From assembly GCA_035571115.1 (NCBI GenBank), contig DATMKR010000057.1, forward strand, positions 4,231 through 68,230: DNA of 64,000 nt, in the 5' to 3' direction. The notes under the pieces are model-generated. The model searched no databases. It was not told the DNA's origin and saw nothing but the letters and a program-made list of their open reading frames with translations. Of the stretch, positions 9,291 through 19,409 are shown piece after piece. How positions within the stretch are numbered: the stretch's first letter is position 1; each line of letters opens with the position of its first letter. A program made the position numbers and the translations under genes. Origin of the DNA: Candidatus Acidiferrum sp. GTDB lineage: Bacteria > Vulcanimicrobiota > Vulcanimicrobiia > Vulcanimicrobiales > Vulcanimicrobiaceae.

Positions 9291-10715
9291 CTAGTCGTTA
9301 TCCGGCGGCCGCGTATCGAGCGGCTGCTTAATGAAATAGTCTGCGTCGTATGCAGCTTTAATCTTGACGAACTTGCGCGGCGGCCGGTTGAAATCGAAGC
9401 AATCGGCTTGCGGTGACTTGGCGCGCTTGTCGCTGGCGGAGAGTCGCGCCAAACCGAACTGATCTTCGACGAATCTTAGAATGCTGCCGTGCTCGTAGTG
9501 CGTGTGCGAAACGAACCCTCGTTTTGCATATGGTGAAATAATCAGCAGCGGAAGGCGATATCCCAGCCCATCGTTGTCGACGTAGGCGGGCGGCTCCGGA
9601 TCGTACCAGCCGCCGGGGTCGTCCCAGAAGATGAAGATCGCGGTGGAGCTCCAAAACTGCGATTCGCCGATCGCATTGACGAGCGATGCGACCCAAGAGG
9701 GGCCCGTATCGGAACCGTTGCCGCCGTGATCGGAGTTTACGTACGTCGGCGTGACCCACGTCACCGCCGCAAGAGTGCCGTCCTTCACGTCGCTTAGGAA
9801 CTGTTGCGGCGGCGATTTAACGTCGGCGTTCCAGTCCGGACCGTAGCAAATGTGCTTGATGGTCTGGTAAGCGCTCCAAATCGCGGTGCGCTCGTCGTTG
9901 CCGTCCAGCTTGGGATCGCTGCCGCTACCGCAGAGGGTCCCGCTGCCCTTGGTTCCGAGGGGAACTGCGTAGAAGGCCCACGGCAAGCCTGCGGCGTCGA
10001 GCTCGTCGCCAAGCGTCGGAGGGTCCCAGCAAGGGAAGACCGAGCCGGTATCGTTTGTATTACGCTTCGCACCAAGGACTCCGACCGCATCGCCTGGGGC
10101 GCCCGGACAGCCCCACCCTTCGTCGGGATAGTCGTACGTATGGTCGGGATTGACGCCCGCGATGATATATTGGTGCGAGATAAAGCTGCTGACGTCGAAG
10201 TTCGAAGCGTACATCTCGTCAGCCAAAACGAACTGCCTCGCCATAGAAAAATATGGCGCCGTCTGCTTTCGGGGCACGTAACTATACGGCGGGTTCGCAT
10301 TCGGGCACCTCGGTTTTCCTGAGGCGCTACAGCCCCACACCTCATTGTCGAAGCCGTTCATCCGGCACTTGGTGCCTGGGATCTTCCCCGTGCCGTTACA
10401 CGATGCAAAGTACCCCTTGGCATTATGCTCGAGATCCCACTTTGTCGCGATCGTAACCGGCTGCAACTCGATTTTCTCGCCATTCGTGTTGTATCCATAC
10501 GTTGCCGTTTTGGCGCCCGGATAGCCGTAAAAAAGATTGTTAAAACTGCGATTCTCTTGAACGATGATGACGATGTGCGCAATCTTGCTCTGCGTTGCGT
10601 GCCGCGAGGCCGTCGGTGAGCTTCGCTGGTTGGGGACTGCCAGACCGGGCGACGCAGCGATGCCGCCGCACCCACCGAGAATCGCCGCGACCGCTATCGT
10701 CACCTGACGAATCAT
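9291..10715 (-). CDS. PLC/AcpA-family phosphoesterase lipoprotein (paralogue A)
   Basis: The start is taken at MIRQVTIAVAAILGGCGG (lipobox). Family motifs are IAHIVIIVQENRSFNNLFYGYPG and GYRLPLLIISPYAKRG. The ATGA overlap with the upstream lipoprotein gene supports this start. The track's longer ORF to 10805 is rejected. Confidence 0.85.
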   Translation of the reverse strand: MIRQVTIAVAAILGGCGGIAASPGLAVPNQRSSPTASRHATQSKIAHIVIIVQENRSFNNLFYGYPGAKTATYGYNTNGEKIELQPVTIATKWDLEHNAKGYFASCNGTGKIPGTKCRMNGFDNEVWGCSASGKPRCPNANPPYSYVPRKQTAPYFSMARQFVLADEMYASNFDVSSFISHQYIIAGVNPDHTYDYPDEGWGCPGAPGDAVGVLGAKRNTNDTGSVFPCWDPPTLGDELDAAGLPWAFYAVPLGTKGSGTLCGSGSDPKLDGNDERTAIWSAYQTIKHICYGPDWNADVKSPPQQFLSDVKDGTLAAVTWVTPTYVNSDHGGNGSDTGPSWVASLVNAIGESQFWSSTAIFIFWDDPGGWYDPEPPAYVDNDGLGYRLPLLIISPYAKRGFVSHTHYEHGSILRFVEDQFGLARLSASDKRAKSPQADCFDFNRPPRKFVKIKAAYDADYFIKQPLDTRPPDND

Positions 10716-11281
10716 CGAACGGTCAAAGGTATCGTGCGTTCGACCGCATCCCCGCGAGTGTTTTTTGCAATGACGCGCATCGTAAACGTTCCGCGAATGA
10801 ACCACGGCAGCGGCGCGACTTTGTACGTGAGCGCAAAGCGTCCCACGCCAGTTTTCGCGAGGGTCATTGCATAGCCCCCAATGCGAGCCTGCACGCTGGC
10901 GACGTTCGAGGTCGTAACGACCCTGCCGGAGACCGTGTCACCCGGTTGGACGGTCGTCTCGCTTACCGCGACCGCAAGAATCTGTGGTGCGGCGTCGGGG
11001 GGAAGGCGAGGAACTTTGACCGCAAGCCTGGGCGGCGTGGCGACGGGCGACGGTGGTGCCGTCGTCGTTCGCGAGGCCGATGACGGGCTGGGAAGCCCCG
11101 CAGCTGGGGCCGTGCTCCGGGCGGGGACGACTCCCGCTTTCCCGGCGGCGCTCCGCGAAACGGCCGCCGGCGGCCGGGTTCGCGACGTCGGCTGCCCCCC
11201 GCTTGGTGCGGCCGCATGGGCGCAGCCGGCAAGCCAGAGCGAAGCCGCGCCGATGGCCAGGGCCGAACGGGCGTTAGGCAT
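10712..11281 (-). CDS. Lipoprotein with a Pro/Ala/Ser-rich linker and conserved C-terminal domain; paralogue of 8829-9281
   Basis: Start at MPNARSALAIGAASLWLAGC (lipobox). The C-terminus is PPDAAPQILAVAV...TTSNVASVQARIGGYAMTLAKTGVGRF...IAKNTRGDAVERTIPLTVR. Its stop overlaps the phosphoesterase start. Confidence 0.65.
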   Translation of the reverse strand: MPNARSALAIGAASLWLAGCAHAAAPSGGQPTSRTRPPAAVSRSAAGKAGVVPARSTAPAAGLPSPSSASRTTTAPPSPVATPPRLAVKVPRLPPDAAPQILAVAVSETTVQPGDTVSGRVVTTSNVASVQARIGGYAMTLAKTGVGRFALTYKVAPLPWFIRGTFTMRVIAKNTRGDAVERTIPLTVR

Positions 11282-11357
11282 GCGCCCTAGTTCTTGGAGC
11301 CCGCGCACTTTCCGCTCGGGGTGACAACGGCGGTGAGGTGTTGAAAACTCCTGCGGC

Positions 11358-12314
11358 ATGGCCGATTCTGCACGCCCCACCTTTAGCATCGTGGTCCCCC
11401 TGTATAACGAAGCCGAAAACGTTGCGCCGCTGCTGGCGCGAATCTCGGCGGCGATCGAGCCGCTAAGAGCACAGTTCGATCACGAGATCGTGCTGGTGAA
11501 CGACGGCAGCACCGACGGCACGCTTGCCGCGATCCGCGCCGAAATGCACCGGCGGACTCAGACCGTGCTGGTCAACCTGTCGCGCAACTTCGGCCATCAG
11601 CTCGCGGCGACCGCCGGAATCGAAATCGCGACGGGCGACGCGGTGATCTTAATGGACGGAGACTTGCAAGATCCGCCCGAGCTGATCGAGGATTTTCTGC
11701 GAAAGTGGCGCGAGGGCTACGACGTCGTGTACGCGGTTCGCCGCACTCGCAAAGGCGAGAGCCGTTTCAAACTCTTGACCGCGCGAGCGTTCTACCGAAT
11801 TATCAAACGCCTGACCAAAATTGCGATTCCACTGGATACCGGAGACTTTCGGTTGATGAGCCGGCGGGCTGTCGAAGCCGTCCGGCGACTGCCCGAACGC
11901 CATCGCTTTCTTCGTGGAATGGTAAGCTGGGTTGGATTCAACCAGGCCGCGATCGAGTACGATCGTGACGTACGCTACGCCGGCGAGACGAAGTATCCAC
12001 TCTCCAAGATGCTTCGCTTCGCGATGGACGGCATCACCTCGTTCTCCGACGTCCCGCTGCGCTTTGCATCCTATTTCGGGTTCACGGTCAGCGTCATCGC
12101 CTTCGTCTACGCGGTGGTCGTCATCGTGATGAAAACGTTCAGCCTGAAGCCGGCATTCTACACGCCGGGATGGGCCTCGACGATCGTCGCCGTTCTCTTT
12201 CTGGGCGGCGTGCAGCTGATGAGCCTCGGCATCCTCGGTGAGTATCTCGGACGCGTCTATGACGAAGTCAAAGGCCGCCCGCTCTATATCATCAGCGACA
12301 TCGAACGATCTTGA
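11358..12314 (+). CDS. Polyprenyl-phosphate glycosyltransferase (GT2, DPM1/GtrB/ArnC-like)
   Basis: 318 aa with FSIVVPLYNEAENV, LVNDGSTDGT, LMDGDLQDPPE, plus two C-terminal TM helices typical of GtrB/ArnC-type enzymes. Confidence 0.85.
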   Translation: MADSARPTFSIVVPLYNEAENVAPLLARISAAIEPLRAQFDHEIVLVNDGSTDGTLAAIRAEMHRRTQTVLVNLSRNFGHQLAATAGIEIATGDAVILMDGDLQDPPELIEDFLRKWREGYDVVYAVRRTRKGESRFKLLTARAFYRIIKRLTKIAIPLDTGDFRLMSRRAVEAVRRLPERHRFLRGMVSWVGFNQAAIEYDRDVRYAGETKYPLSKMLRFAMDGITSFSDVPLRFASYFGFTVSVIAFVYAVVVIVMKTFSLKPAFYTPGWASTIVAVLFLGGVQLMSLGILGEYLGRVYDEVKGRPLYIISDIERS

Positions 12315-13612
12315 CGTATCGTCCGGTCGTCGACCACGTCGCCGTTCCGATTCCCCTCGATCCGTTCTCCGCCGTCCTCTTCGTCGCCGCATTCCTTGCC
12401 GCCGCGCTGCTCACGGCGCGGCGCCCCGCATACGGACTCTGTGCGCTGCTCCTGGCGACGCCGCTTGCCTTCGCGCACGATCTTGCGGCGACGACGATCA
12501 CGCTGCCCAAGTGCGTCCTGCTCGGCGTGCTGCTGGGTCTGACGACCTATGCCGGCGTCGCGGGCATGTTGCGCCGGCGCCCGGCGCCTCTGCTTCTCGG
12601 AGCGCTCGCGTTCTACATACTCGCGACCGCGCTCACGATACTGGACGCAGCGCATCCGGCCGCGGTCATTCGCGAGACGCTCAAATGGGTCGAGTACGCG
12701 GCGGTCTTCGTCGCGGCGTATTGCTCCTATGCCCTCGACGCCGACGATGCGGCACTCGTCGCCGCTGCGGCCGCCGCCGGCATCATCGTTGCGCTCTCGG
12801 CGCTCGCTCAAGAGATCGCCGGCGCGCCGTCGGGACTCTACGTCGGCGCCGCGATCGTTCCGCGCATCGCGGGCTTACTCGAAGGTCCGAATCAACTCTC
12901 GGCTTATTGCACGATCGCCGTCGCGACGCTCGGAGCGTGGTCGCTCGTTCGACGAACAGCCTTACTCGACGTCGCGCTCGGGCTCGTGGTTTTTGCCGAC
13001 ATCTTAACGTTCTCGCGCGCGGGCATCGTCTCACTCCCGATCGTTGCCGGGGTCGTCGTACTTTGGGCCGGCCGTAAAGCATGGCCCGCGCTGCGCCCCG
13101 CGATGGTGGGCGCCATCGCCGGGGTTGCCGGTGCGGTTTGGTGGGCAATTTACGCGGATACGCCGGGCATACTGCGCGTTTCGCTCGCATCGAGCGCCTA
13201 CGCGGGCGGCGTCGGCAATCGCGACGAGTTGTGGGGAGCGGCCTTGCGCATGTGGCGCGATTACCGCCTTTTCGGCGTGGGAGCGGGCAACTTCGAGCTC
13301 GACTTGCCGGAGTACGGCGTGTACGGCGTTCGCACCCATGCCAACAGCTGGTACCTGCAATCCCTGGCGGAGGGCGGGATCGTACTGTTCTCGGCGACCC
13401 TTACGATGGTGGCTGCATCGATCGGAGCGTTCCTCGAAAAGCCTTTCGTCGCGCGCTTGCGCGCGCAATCGCCGTGGGTTATTGCCGCGCTGGCAGCGAG
13501 TGTGGCACTGGCGCTGCATCAGATCGTCGACGACTTCGTCTTCTACCCCAAAGTCGGCGGCGCGTGGTTCTTGCTGCTCGGGATCGCCGCCGCGGCCTTC
13601 GCTGCGGAGTGA
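12311..13612 (+). CDS. O-antigen ligase/polymerase-like (Wzy_C-type) membrane protein
   Basis: TTG start overlaps the upstream stop (TTGA). It is polytopic, with a FSRAGIVSLP loop and a GVGAGNFELDLPEYG segment typical of O-antigen ligase family proteins. Confidence 0.7.
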   Translation: MTYRPVVDHVAVPIPLDPFSAVLFVAAFLAAALLTARRPAYGLCALLLATPLAFAHDLAATTITLPKCVLLGVLLGLTTYAGVAGMLRRRPAPLLLGALAFYILATALTILDAAHPAAVIRETLKWVEYAAVFVAAYCSYALDADDAALVAAAAAAGIIVALSALAQEIAGAPSGLYVGAAIVPRIAGLLEGPNQLSAYCTIAVATLGAWSLVRRTALLDVALGLVVFADILTFSRAGIVSLPIVAGVVVLWAGRKAWPALRPAMVGAIAGVAGAVWWAIYADTPGILRVSLASSAYAGGVGNRDELWGAALRMWRDYRLFGVGAGNFELDLPEYGVYGVRTHANSWYLQSLAEGGIVLFSATLTMVAASIGAFLEKPFVARLRAQSPWVIAALAASVALALHQIVDDFVFYPKVGGAWFLLLGIAAAAFAAE

Positions 13613-14823
13613 CCGCCGCACCCGCGCCGCTCGTCGTCGTAACCAACTGGGGCTTCGGGGGCGTTCCGCTGCTCGGCGGAGTCTTGCTGGTCTGCGCCGT
13701 GGGCGCCGTTGCATACTGGCTGGCGTTGCGGCAAACGCGCCCCGCTCCGTTGAAATCGGTATGCGCCGTGGCCGCGGTTGCGCTCGCGGCCGCGTGGTTC
13801 GTGCCCGTTCTTTTCTCAAGCGACGTCTACGCATACGCGGCCTATGGAGAGATGGCGCGAATCGGACTCAACCCATACGCGCTCGCCCCGGCCGACGCTG
13901 GCGACGCGCTCCTGCGCGCCGCACGAGTCCAGTGGGTGACGGCATTCCCGATCTGTTTGTACGGACCGGCCTTCGTCGCGTTGGCTAAGTCCTTAGTGAC
14001 GACGCTTGCGCCGTGGGGTCCGCTGGCGCAGCTCGACGCGTTCCGCGTGGCGGCGAGCGCGGCGTTTCTGCTCTGCGTGCCGTTGGCTTATTGTGCCTTT
14101 GCGGGCGATCGCACGCAGCGACTGCGCGCCGCGGCGACGATCGGACTGAATCCGGCCGCGATTTGGTGCGCGGCGGAGGGGCACAACGACGCGATCGCGC
14201 TAGCCGTGGTGCTCGCGGGATTCGTCCTCGTCCGCCGGCGACTCTTCAATGCCGGCGCCGCGGTCGTCGCGCTCTCTTCCACGATCAAATCGCCCGGCAT
14301 GGCGGCCGCGATCGGGCTGGCAATCGTCGAGCGACGCGCGCGCGTCGGTGCGCTTGCGGGCATCGCGATTGCGATCGCCCTCTCGTATCCCTTTATCGCG
14401 GGCGTTGCGACGCAACTTGCGCCACATGGAACGTACGCACCGCAAGCCTCGCTGCAGGCGATCTTTCGGCCGCTGGGAGCCTTCGTTTCGTGCGCGGCCG
14501 CGCTTGTCGCCGCTGCTCTGTTGGCCGGGCGCGGCGTCGCGTTGCTTCGCGGGCGATTTATAGAAGGATGGATCTGGCTTGGCTTGGCCGCCTGGGTGCT
14601 GGTGCCAAACCCCTACCCATGGTATGGACTCTGGCTCGTCGCGGTCGCCGGCCTCGCTCCACGATCGCGCGCCGGAGCCGTCGCGATCCTCTTATCGCTG
14701 ACCGCACTGCTGCGCTACGTCCCCGACGCGATCGCAATCCCCAGCCCACCGGTCACCGTTGCGCTCGGCATCGTGGCAGCACTTCCGTTGCTGGGGCTCT
14801 GCTATAATGAGCGACCCGCATGA
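13609..14823 (+). CDS. Polytopic membrane protein, GT-C-like glycosyltransferase candidate (family unresolved)
   Basis: GTG at 13609 overlaps the upstream stop (GTGA). The product starts VTAAPAPLVVVTNWGFGGVPLLGGVLLVCAV and has many TM helices and a SSDVYAYAAYGEMARIGLNPYA loop. The upstream part of track ORF 13081-14823 is an Arg-rich artefact. Confidence 0.55.
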   Translation: MTAAPAPLVVVTNWGFGGVPLLGGVLLVCAVGAVAYWLALRQTRPAPLKSVCAVAAVALAAAWFVPVLFSSDVYAYAAYGEMARIGLNPYALAPADAGDALLRAARVQWVTAFPICLYGPAFVALAKSLVTTLAPWGPLAQLDAFRVAASAAFLLCVPLAYCAFAGDRTQRLRAAATIGLNPAAIWCAAEGHNDAIALAVVLAGFVLVRRRLFNAGAAVVALSSTIKSPGMAAAIGLAIVERRARVGALAGIAIAIALSYPFIAGVATQLAPHGTYAPQASLQAIFRPLGAFVSCAAALVAAALLAGRGVALLRGRFIEGWIWLGLAAWVLVPNPYPWYGLWLVAVAGLAPRSRAGAVAILLSLTALLRYVPDAIAIPSPPVTVALGIVAALPLLGLCYNERPA

Positions 14824-17800
14824 CCGCGCACCTAACCGCCGCGTCCCCCGTCGACTCCGCTGGGGGCGACGCTGCGAAAGATCTCCTGGCGAAGCTGACC
14901 GAGTCGAACCGCGCCTTTGCGAGCACGCTCGAACGATTGAAGTCGCTGCGCCGCATCGCCGGAAAGAAGCCGGGCGGATATGCCCTGCACGAAACGATCG
15001 CCGCAGCCCGGCCGGCGCTGCTGGCGGCGTTGCACGCCGAGCTGGGCGGCTGCCTGCTGGTCGTGCTTCCGACTCCGGATGCGGCGGAACGAAGCTTCGC
15101 GGATCTGCTGTACTACCTCGAGGACTGCAGCGAACGCATCGCGCTGGTTCGGTCGCGCGACGAAGCGCTTGGCGCGATCGAAACCCCGTCGGAGCGCAGC
15201 GCGCGAATGACTTTGCTGGCCGATCTCGCCGATGGCGCCCCGCGAATCGTCTTGGCCCCGATCGCCGCGGTTCGTCAGCGTTTGATGTCGCGCTCGCGCT
15301 TCGACGAGCTCCGCTTCACACTGCGATCGGGCGATGAGGCCGGTTGGGAACGTTTGCAGCGACGGCTCTTCGACCTCGGCTACGTGCGGTGCGACGTAGT
15401 CAGCGCGGTCGGCGAGTACGCCGTACGCGGCGGAATTATCGACCTTTTTGCCGCTACCGCCGATTCGCCCGCGCGGATCGAGTTTTTGGGCGACGCGATC
15501 GAATCGCTGCGAACCTTTTCGATCGAATCGCAGCGCAGCACTACGTCGATCGATCGGCTCGAAATAACGCCTTGGGAAGATCCGGCTACCCAAAACGCGC
15601 AGAACTTTGGGAGCGAAACCATTTTCGATTATCTACCCTCCGACGCCACGGTCGTGCTGGAAGAACCGTCCACGATCACCGCAGTCGCCAACGCGCTCGA
15701 CGAAGAACGCAATCGGGAGCGGCACACGCTGCTCGCCGACGAGGATGCCGGCGAAGCGCTGCGTGCCGAGCTTTCTGCGACGCCGATTTCGCTGCACGAT
15801 GTGGGCGCGCTCGTCGCAGCGCATGCGACGCTCGTCTTCCCCGGCACGATCGAGACGGGCGAGCACGGAACGGATTGGGCGCCGCCGGCCGTCGAGTCGT
15901 TTGTTTTCGAATGCCGGCCGGTCGAACATTTCAACCGCCAGCTCGGGCTTTTCACCGAAGCCATGCGCGAATGGGTCGCCAACGGGGAGCACGTCTTCAT
16001 TGTGAGCGCCGCGGTTTCGCGCACGATCGACCTCTTACAGGCGGCGCAAATTGACGTCGGCGTGCGGGCGCGAGGAAGCGTGCTGGTCGATCATGGATCG
16101 ATCGAGTCGGGCTATTGGATGCCGAGCCTGCGGCTGCGCGTGCTGGGAGATCGCGAGATCTTCGGAGCGCCGCCCAAGCGCGTCAAGATGCGCGCCATCA
16201 AGGAAGGCGTGCCCGTCACGCTGGCAGATCTGCGCGTCGGCGATTATGTCGTGCATGCGGTGCACGGCATCGGCCAATATCTCGGCCTGCGCGCCGAGAC
16301 GATTCTCGGCGCGATGCAAGATTATCTCGATCTGCGCTACGCCGGGAGCGATCGGATGCTGGTGCCGGTCACGCAGATGCATCAGATCGCGAAGTACTCG
16401 GCCGCCGAAGGGCAAAGCCCTCGACTCTCCAAGATGGGCGGCGCCGACTGGGCGCGGACGAAAACGCGCGTCAGCGAGTCGCTGGCGAAAGTTGCCGACG
16501 AGCTCGTCAAGCTCTACGCCGAACGCGAGATGTCGCGCGGCTTCGCCTTCAGCCCCGACACCACGTGGCAGGCCGAGATGGAGGAGGCCTTTCCGTACGA
16601 ACCAACGCCCGACCAGCAGAAAGCCTTCGACGCGACCAAATCCGATATGGAGTCCGCGCGGCCGATGGACCGGCTCATCTGCGGCGACGTCGGCTATGGG
16701 AAGACCGAGGTAGCGATGCGCGCCGCGTTCAAAGCGATCGCGGACAAGAAGCAGGTCGCGGTGCTGGTGCCGACGACGCTGCTGGCCGATCAGCACTTCC
16801 GCACCTTCAGCGCGCGTTTCGGCGCCTTTCCGGTGCGCGTCGAAGAGCTCTCGCGTTTCACTTCAAAACCCGATCAGAAACGGATTTTGCAAGATCTCGC
16901 GCAAGGGAAGGTCGACGTCGTCATCGGTACGCACCGGCTGTTGCAAAAAGACGTCGCGTTTGCCGATCTCGGCTTGATCGTCATCGACGAAGAGCAGCGC
17001 TTCGGAGTCATGCACAAGGAACGACTCAAGGGATACCGCGCGAGCGTGGACGTCTTGACGCTCTCGGCGACGCCGATTCCGCGCACCCTGCACATGTCGC
17101 TGATGGGCGTCCGCGATCTGTCGCTGATCCAGACGGCGCCGAAGAACCGGATGTCGATCAAGACGCTCGTCGTGCCGGCCAGCGATGCCGTAGTGCAGCG
17201 CGCGATCGCCGCCGAGCTCGACCGCGGCGGCCAAGTTTACTACCTGCACAACCGGGTGGAATCCATCTACGCCGTGCGTAACGCGCTCGAGCGGCTCTCG
17301 CCTCGCGCGCGCATCGGCGTCGGGCACGGCCAGATGCGAGAATCGGAACTCGAACCCGTGATGCAGCGATTCATCGACCGCGATCTCGACGTGCTCGTCG
17401 CGACGACGATCATTGAGAACGGAATCGACATTCCCAACGTCAACACGATGATCGTCAGCGATTCCGACCGATTCGGGCTGGCGCAGCTCTACCAGCTTCG
17501 CGGTCGAGTCGGACGCTCGAATCATCAGGCCTATTGTTATCTGCTCTACCAGGGGCACAAAGCACTTACCGAAGAGGCGAAGGCACGGCTCGAGGCAATC
17601 CGGGAATTCGCGCACTTGGGATCGGGCTTGCAGATCGCGATGCGCGATCTCGAAATTCGCGGGGCCGGCAACCTGCTGGGATCGGCGCAGTCCGGTTTCA
17701 TTGCGTCGGTCGGGTTCGACACCTACTGCGAACTCTTAGCCCAGGCGATCGCGCAGCGGCGCGGGGGGCCCGCTGCCCTCGAAGAACGCCGCGAAGCCGT

Positions 17801-18212
17801 GATCGACGTGAAGATCGACGCGTTCATTCCCAACGACTACATTGGCCAGGTTTCGCAGAAGATCGCCATCTACCAGCAGCTGGCGAAGGCTCGTACGCAA
17901 GAGGAGGTCGAAGAGGTCGCGGCCGGCGTGCGGGACCGCTTCGGCGCCTTCCCGCTACCCCTCGCGAACCTGGTGGAGCTGACCAAACTGCGCGCGGTGG
18001 CACTGCGGAAGCGCGTCACCAGGGTCGTCGTGGACGAGCGCCGGCTCACTCTCGGCGTCGGGTCGGGTTTCGAGCTCGATCCCGCAGCCGTACCGAAGCT
18101 CCAGGCCCTTACCAAGAACCGCTTCCGCTTCACCGACGGCCGCATTCTCGTCGACCTGCCAGGCAACCATAACTGGATGCCGCTCCTCCGAAAACTGCTG
18201 GAAGCCCTATAG
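14820..18212 (+). CDS. mfd: Transcription-repair coupling factor
   Basis: 1130 aa with TPDQQKAFDATKSDMES..MDRLICGDVGYGKTEVAMRAAF, DEEQRFGV, and helicase motifs through QLRGRVGRS. ATGA overlap with the upstream gene. Confidence 0.95.
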   Translation: MTAHLTAASPVDSAGGDAAKDLLAKLTESNRAFASTLERLKSLRRIAGKKPGGYALHETIAAARPALLAALHAELGGCLLVVLPTPDAAERSFADLLYYLEDCSERIALVRSRDEALGAIETPSERSARMTLLADLADGAPRIVLAPIAAVRQRLMSRSRFDELRFTLRSGDEAGWERLQRRLFDLGYVRCDVVSAVGEYAVRGGIIDLFAATADSPARIEFLGDAIESLRTFSIESQRSTTSIDRLEITPWEDPATQNAQNFGSETIFDYLPSDATVVLEEPSTITAVANALDEERNRERHTLLADEDAGEALRAELSATPISLHDVGALVAAHATLVFPGTIETGEHGTDWAPPAVESFVFECRPVEHFNRQLGLFTEAMREWVANGEHVFIVSAAVSRTIDLLQAAQIDVGVRARGSVLVDHGSIESGYWMPSLRLRVLGDREIFGAPPKRVKMRAIKEGVPVTLADLRVGDYVVHAVHGIGQYLGLRAETILGAMQDYLDLRYAGSDRMLVPVTQMHQIAKYSAAEGQSPRLSKMGGADWARTKTRVSESLAKVADELVKLYAEREMSRGFAFSPDTTWQAEMEEAFPYEPTPDQQKAFDATKSDMESARPMDRLICGDVGYGKTEVAMRAAFKAIADKKQVAVLVPTTLLADQHFRTFSARFGAFPVRVEELSRFTSKPDQKRILQDLAQGKVDVVIGTHRLLQKDVAFADLGLIVIDEEQRFGVMHKERLKGYRASVDVLTLSATPIPRTLHMSLMGVRDLSLIQTAPKNRMSIKTLVVPASDAVVQRAIAAELDRGGQVYYLHNRVESIYAVRNALERLSPRARIGVGHGQMRESELEPVMQRFIDRDLDVLVATTIIENGIDIPNVNTMIVSDSDRFGLAQLYQLRGRVGRSNHQAYCYLLYQGHKALTEEAKARLEAIREFAHLGSGLQIAMRDLEIRGAGNLLGSAQSGFIASVGFDTYCELLAQAIAQRRGGPAALEERREAVIDVKIDAFIPNDYIGQVSQKIAIYQQLAKARTQEEVEEVAAGVRDRFGAFPLPLANLVELTKLRAVALRKRVTRVVVDERRLTLGVGSGFELDPAAVPKLQALTKNRFRFTDGRILVDLPGNHNWMPLLRKLLEAL

Positions 18213-18354
18213 CCCTCGTCGTTCTAAAGTGGGTCGAAGGCCCCCGAGGTTCCCCTTGAGCGAAGGAACGGGGGCACGGCGCGCGAACGAGCCCGCCGTG
18301 ATGCGGGGCTCCGAGCCTCGCGTACTACGCACTATTATCCAATCGGAGCAATGA

Positions 18355-19350
18355 ATGTCGAAAGTCCAACGCCTCACCGTAGGCCTGGCCGCCCTTCTCT
18401 TCGGCACGTCGCTAGCGGCGTGCGCGGGCGGCGGTACCGTCGCGACGGTGAACGGCCAACCGATCAGCGAGTCCGCATTTAACACAAAGCTGGAAGGGAC
18501 GCCGATGGCGCGCACGGTCTTGCAGCAAATGGTGCAAGACGCGTTGATCGAACAATACGCCAAGAACAATAACATCAACGTCACCGATGCCGAGATCAGC
18601 GCGCGCGAAGACCAGATCAAGCAGAACTTTCCAGCCGGCTCGTGGGACGAGATGCTGAAGTCGCGCGGCCTTTCCGAAGACGACGTTCACGCCGCGCTGC
18701 GCGAGCAGCTCATCCTCGACAAGGCGCTGGGTTCGCAAGTGAAGATCGCGCCGGCCCAGATCAAGGATTACTTCGACAAGAATCACGCCACGTTCGATAA
18801 GCCCGAGCAAGTAACGGCCCGTCACATCTTGGTGCCGAACTTGGCCGAAGCGCAGAAAGTCGAGCAGCTTCTCAAGTCCGGACAGAGCTTTGCCGACGTT
18901 GCCAAGCAATATTCGACCGATCCCGGCAGCAAGGACAAAGGCGGCGACCTAGGCACCTTCAAGAAAGGGCAGATGGTACCGGCATTCGATAAGGTAGCGT
19001 TCTCGGCGCCGATCAACGCAATTAGCGCGCCGGTGAAATCGCCATTCGGATATCACATCATTCAAGTCGAAGCGCGCATTCCGGGGCAGACGGCAACGCT
19101 GGCCAGCGCGACGCCGCAGATCACCGATACCTTGCGCCAGCAGCAAGAGGCGCCGCTGATTCAGCCGTTCCTCCAGGGCCTGCAGCAGAAAGCCGATATC
19201 AAGGTCAACAATCCGACCTTTGCCGGTCTCTTCGCGACGCCGATGCCTCCAGGAGGAATGGGCGCTGCGGCGGGTTCGGCTGCGCCGAGTGCAGCGGCTT
19301 CGCCCGCGGCTAGCGCCCCGGCCGCTTCGCCCGCGCCCTCTTCGACGTAA
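18355..19350 (+). CDS. PrsA/SurA-like parvulin peptidyl-prolyl isomerase lipoprotein
   Basis: Lipobox LFGTSLAAC. Parvulin domain: ARHILV...DKGGDLGTFKKGQMVPAFDKVAF...SPFGYHIIQVE. Ala/Ser/Pro-rich tail. Confidence 0.8.
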   Translation: MSKVQRLTVGLAALLFGTSLAACAGGGTVATVNGQPISESAFNTKLEGTPMARTVLQQMVQDALIEQYAKNNNINVTDAEISAREDQIKQNFPAGSWDEMLKSRGLSEDDVHAALREQLILDKALGSQVKIAPAQIKDYFDKNHATFDKPEQVTARHILVPNLAEAQKVEQLLKSGQSFADVAKQYSTDPGSKDKGGDLGTFKKGQMVPAFDKVAFSAPINAISAPVKSPFGYHIIQVEARIPGQTATLASATPQITDTLRQQQEAPLIQPFLQGLQQKADIKVNNPTFAGLFATPMPPGGMGAAAGSAAPSAAASPAASAPAASPAPSST

Positions 19351-19409
19351 ATCTCGCACGCGGCGGTGTCCTCACCGGGACACCGCCGCGCGGTTGCGAA
19401 GGACGCGGC

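Noticed and set aside
18213-18354. An imperfect GC-rich stem-loop after mfd (gcccccgaggttcc...ggaacgggggc) as an intrinsic terminator or ncRNA.
   Set aside because: The stem is imperfect, there is no U-tract, and nothing matches a known RNA family.
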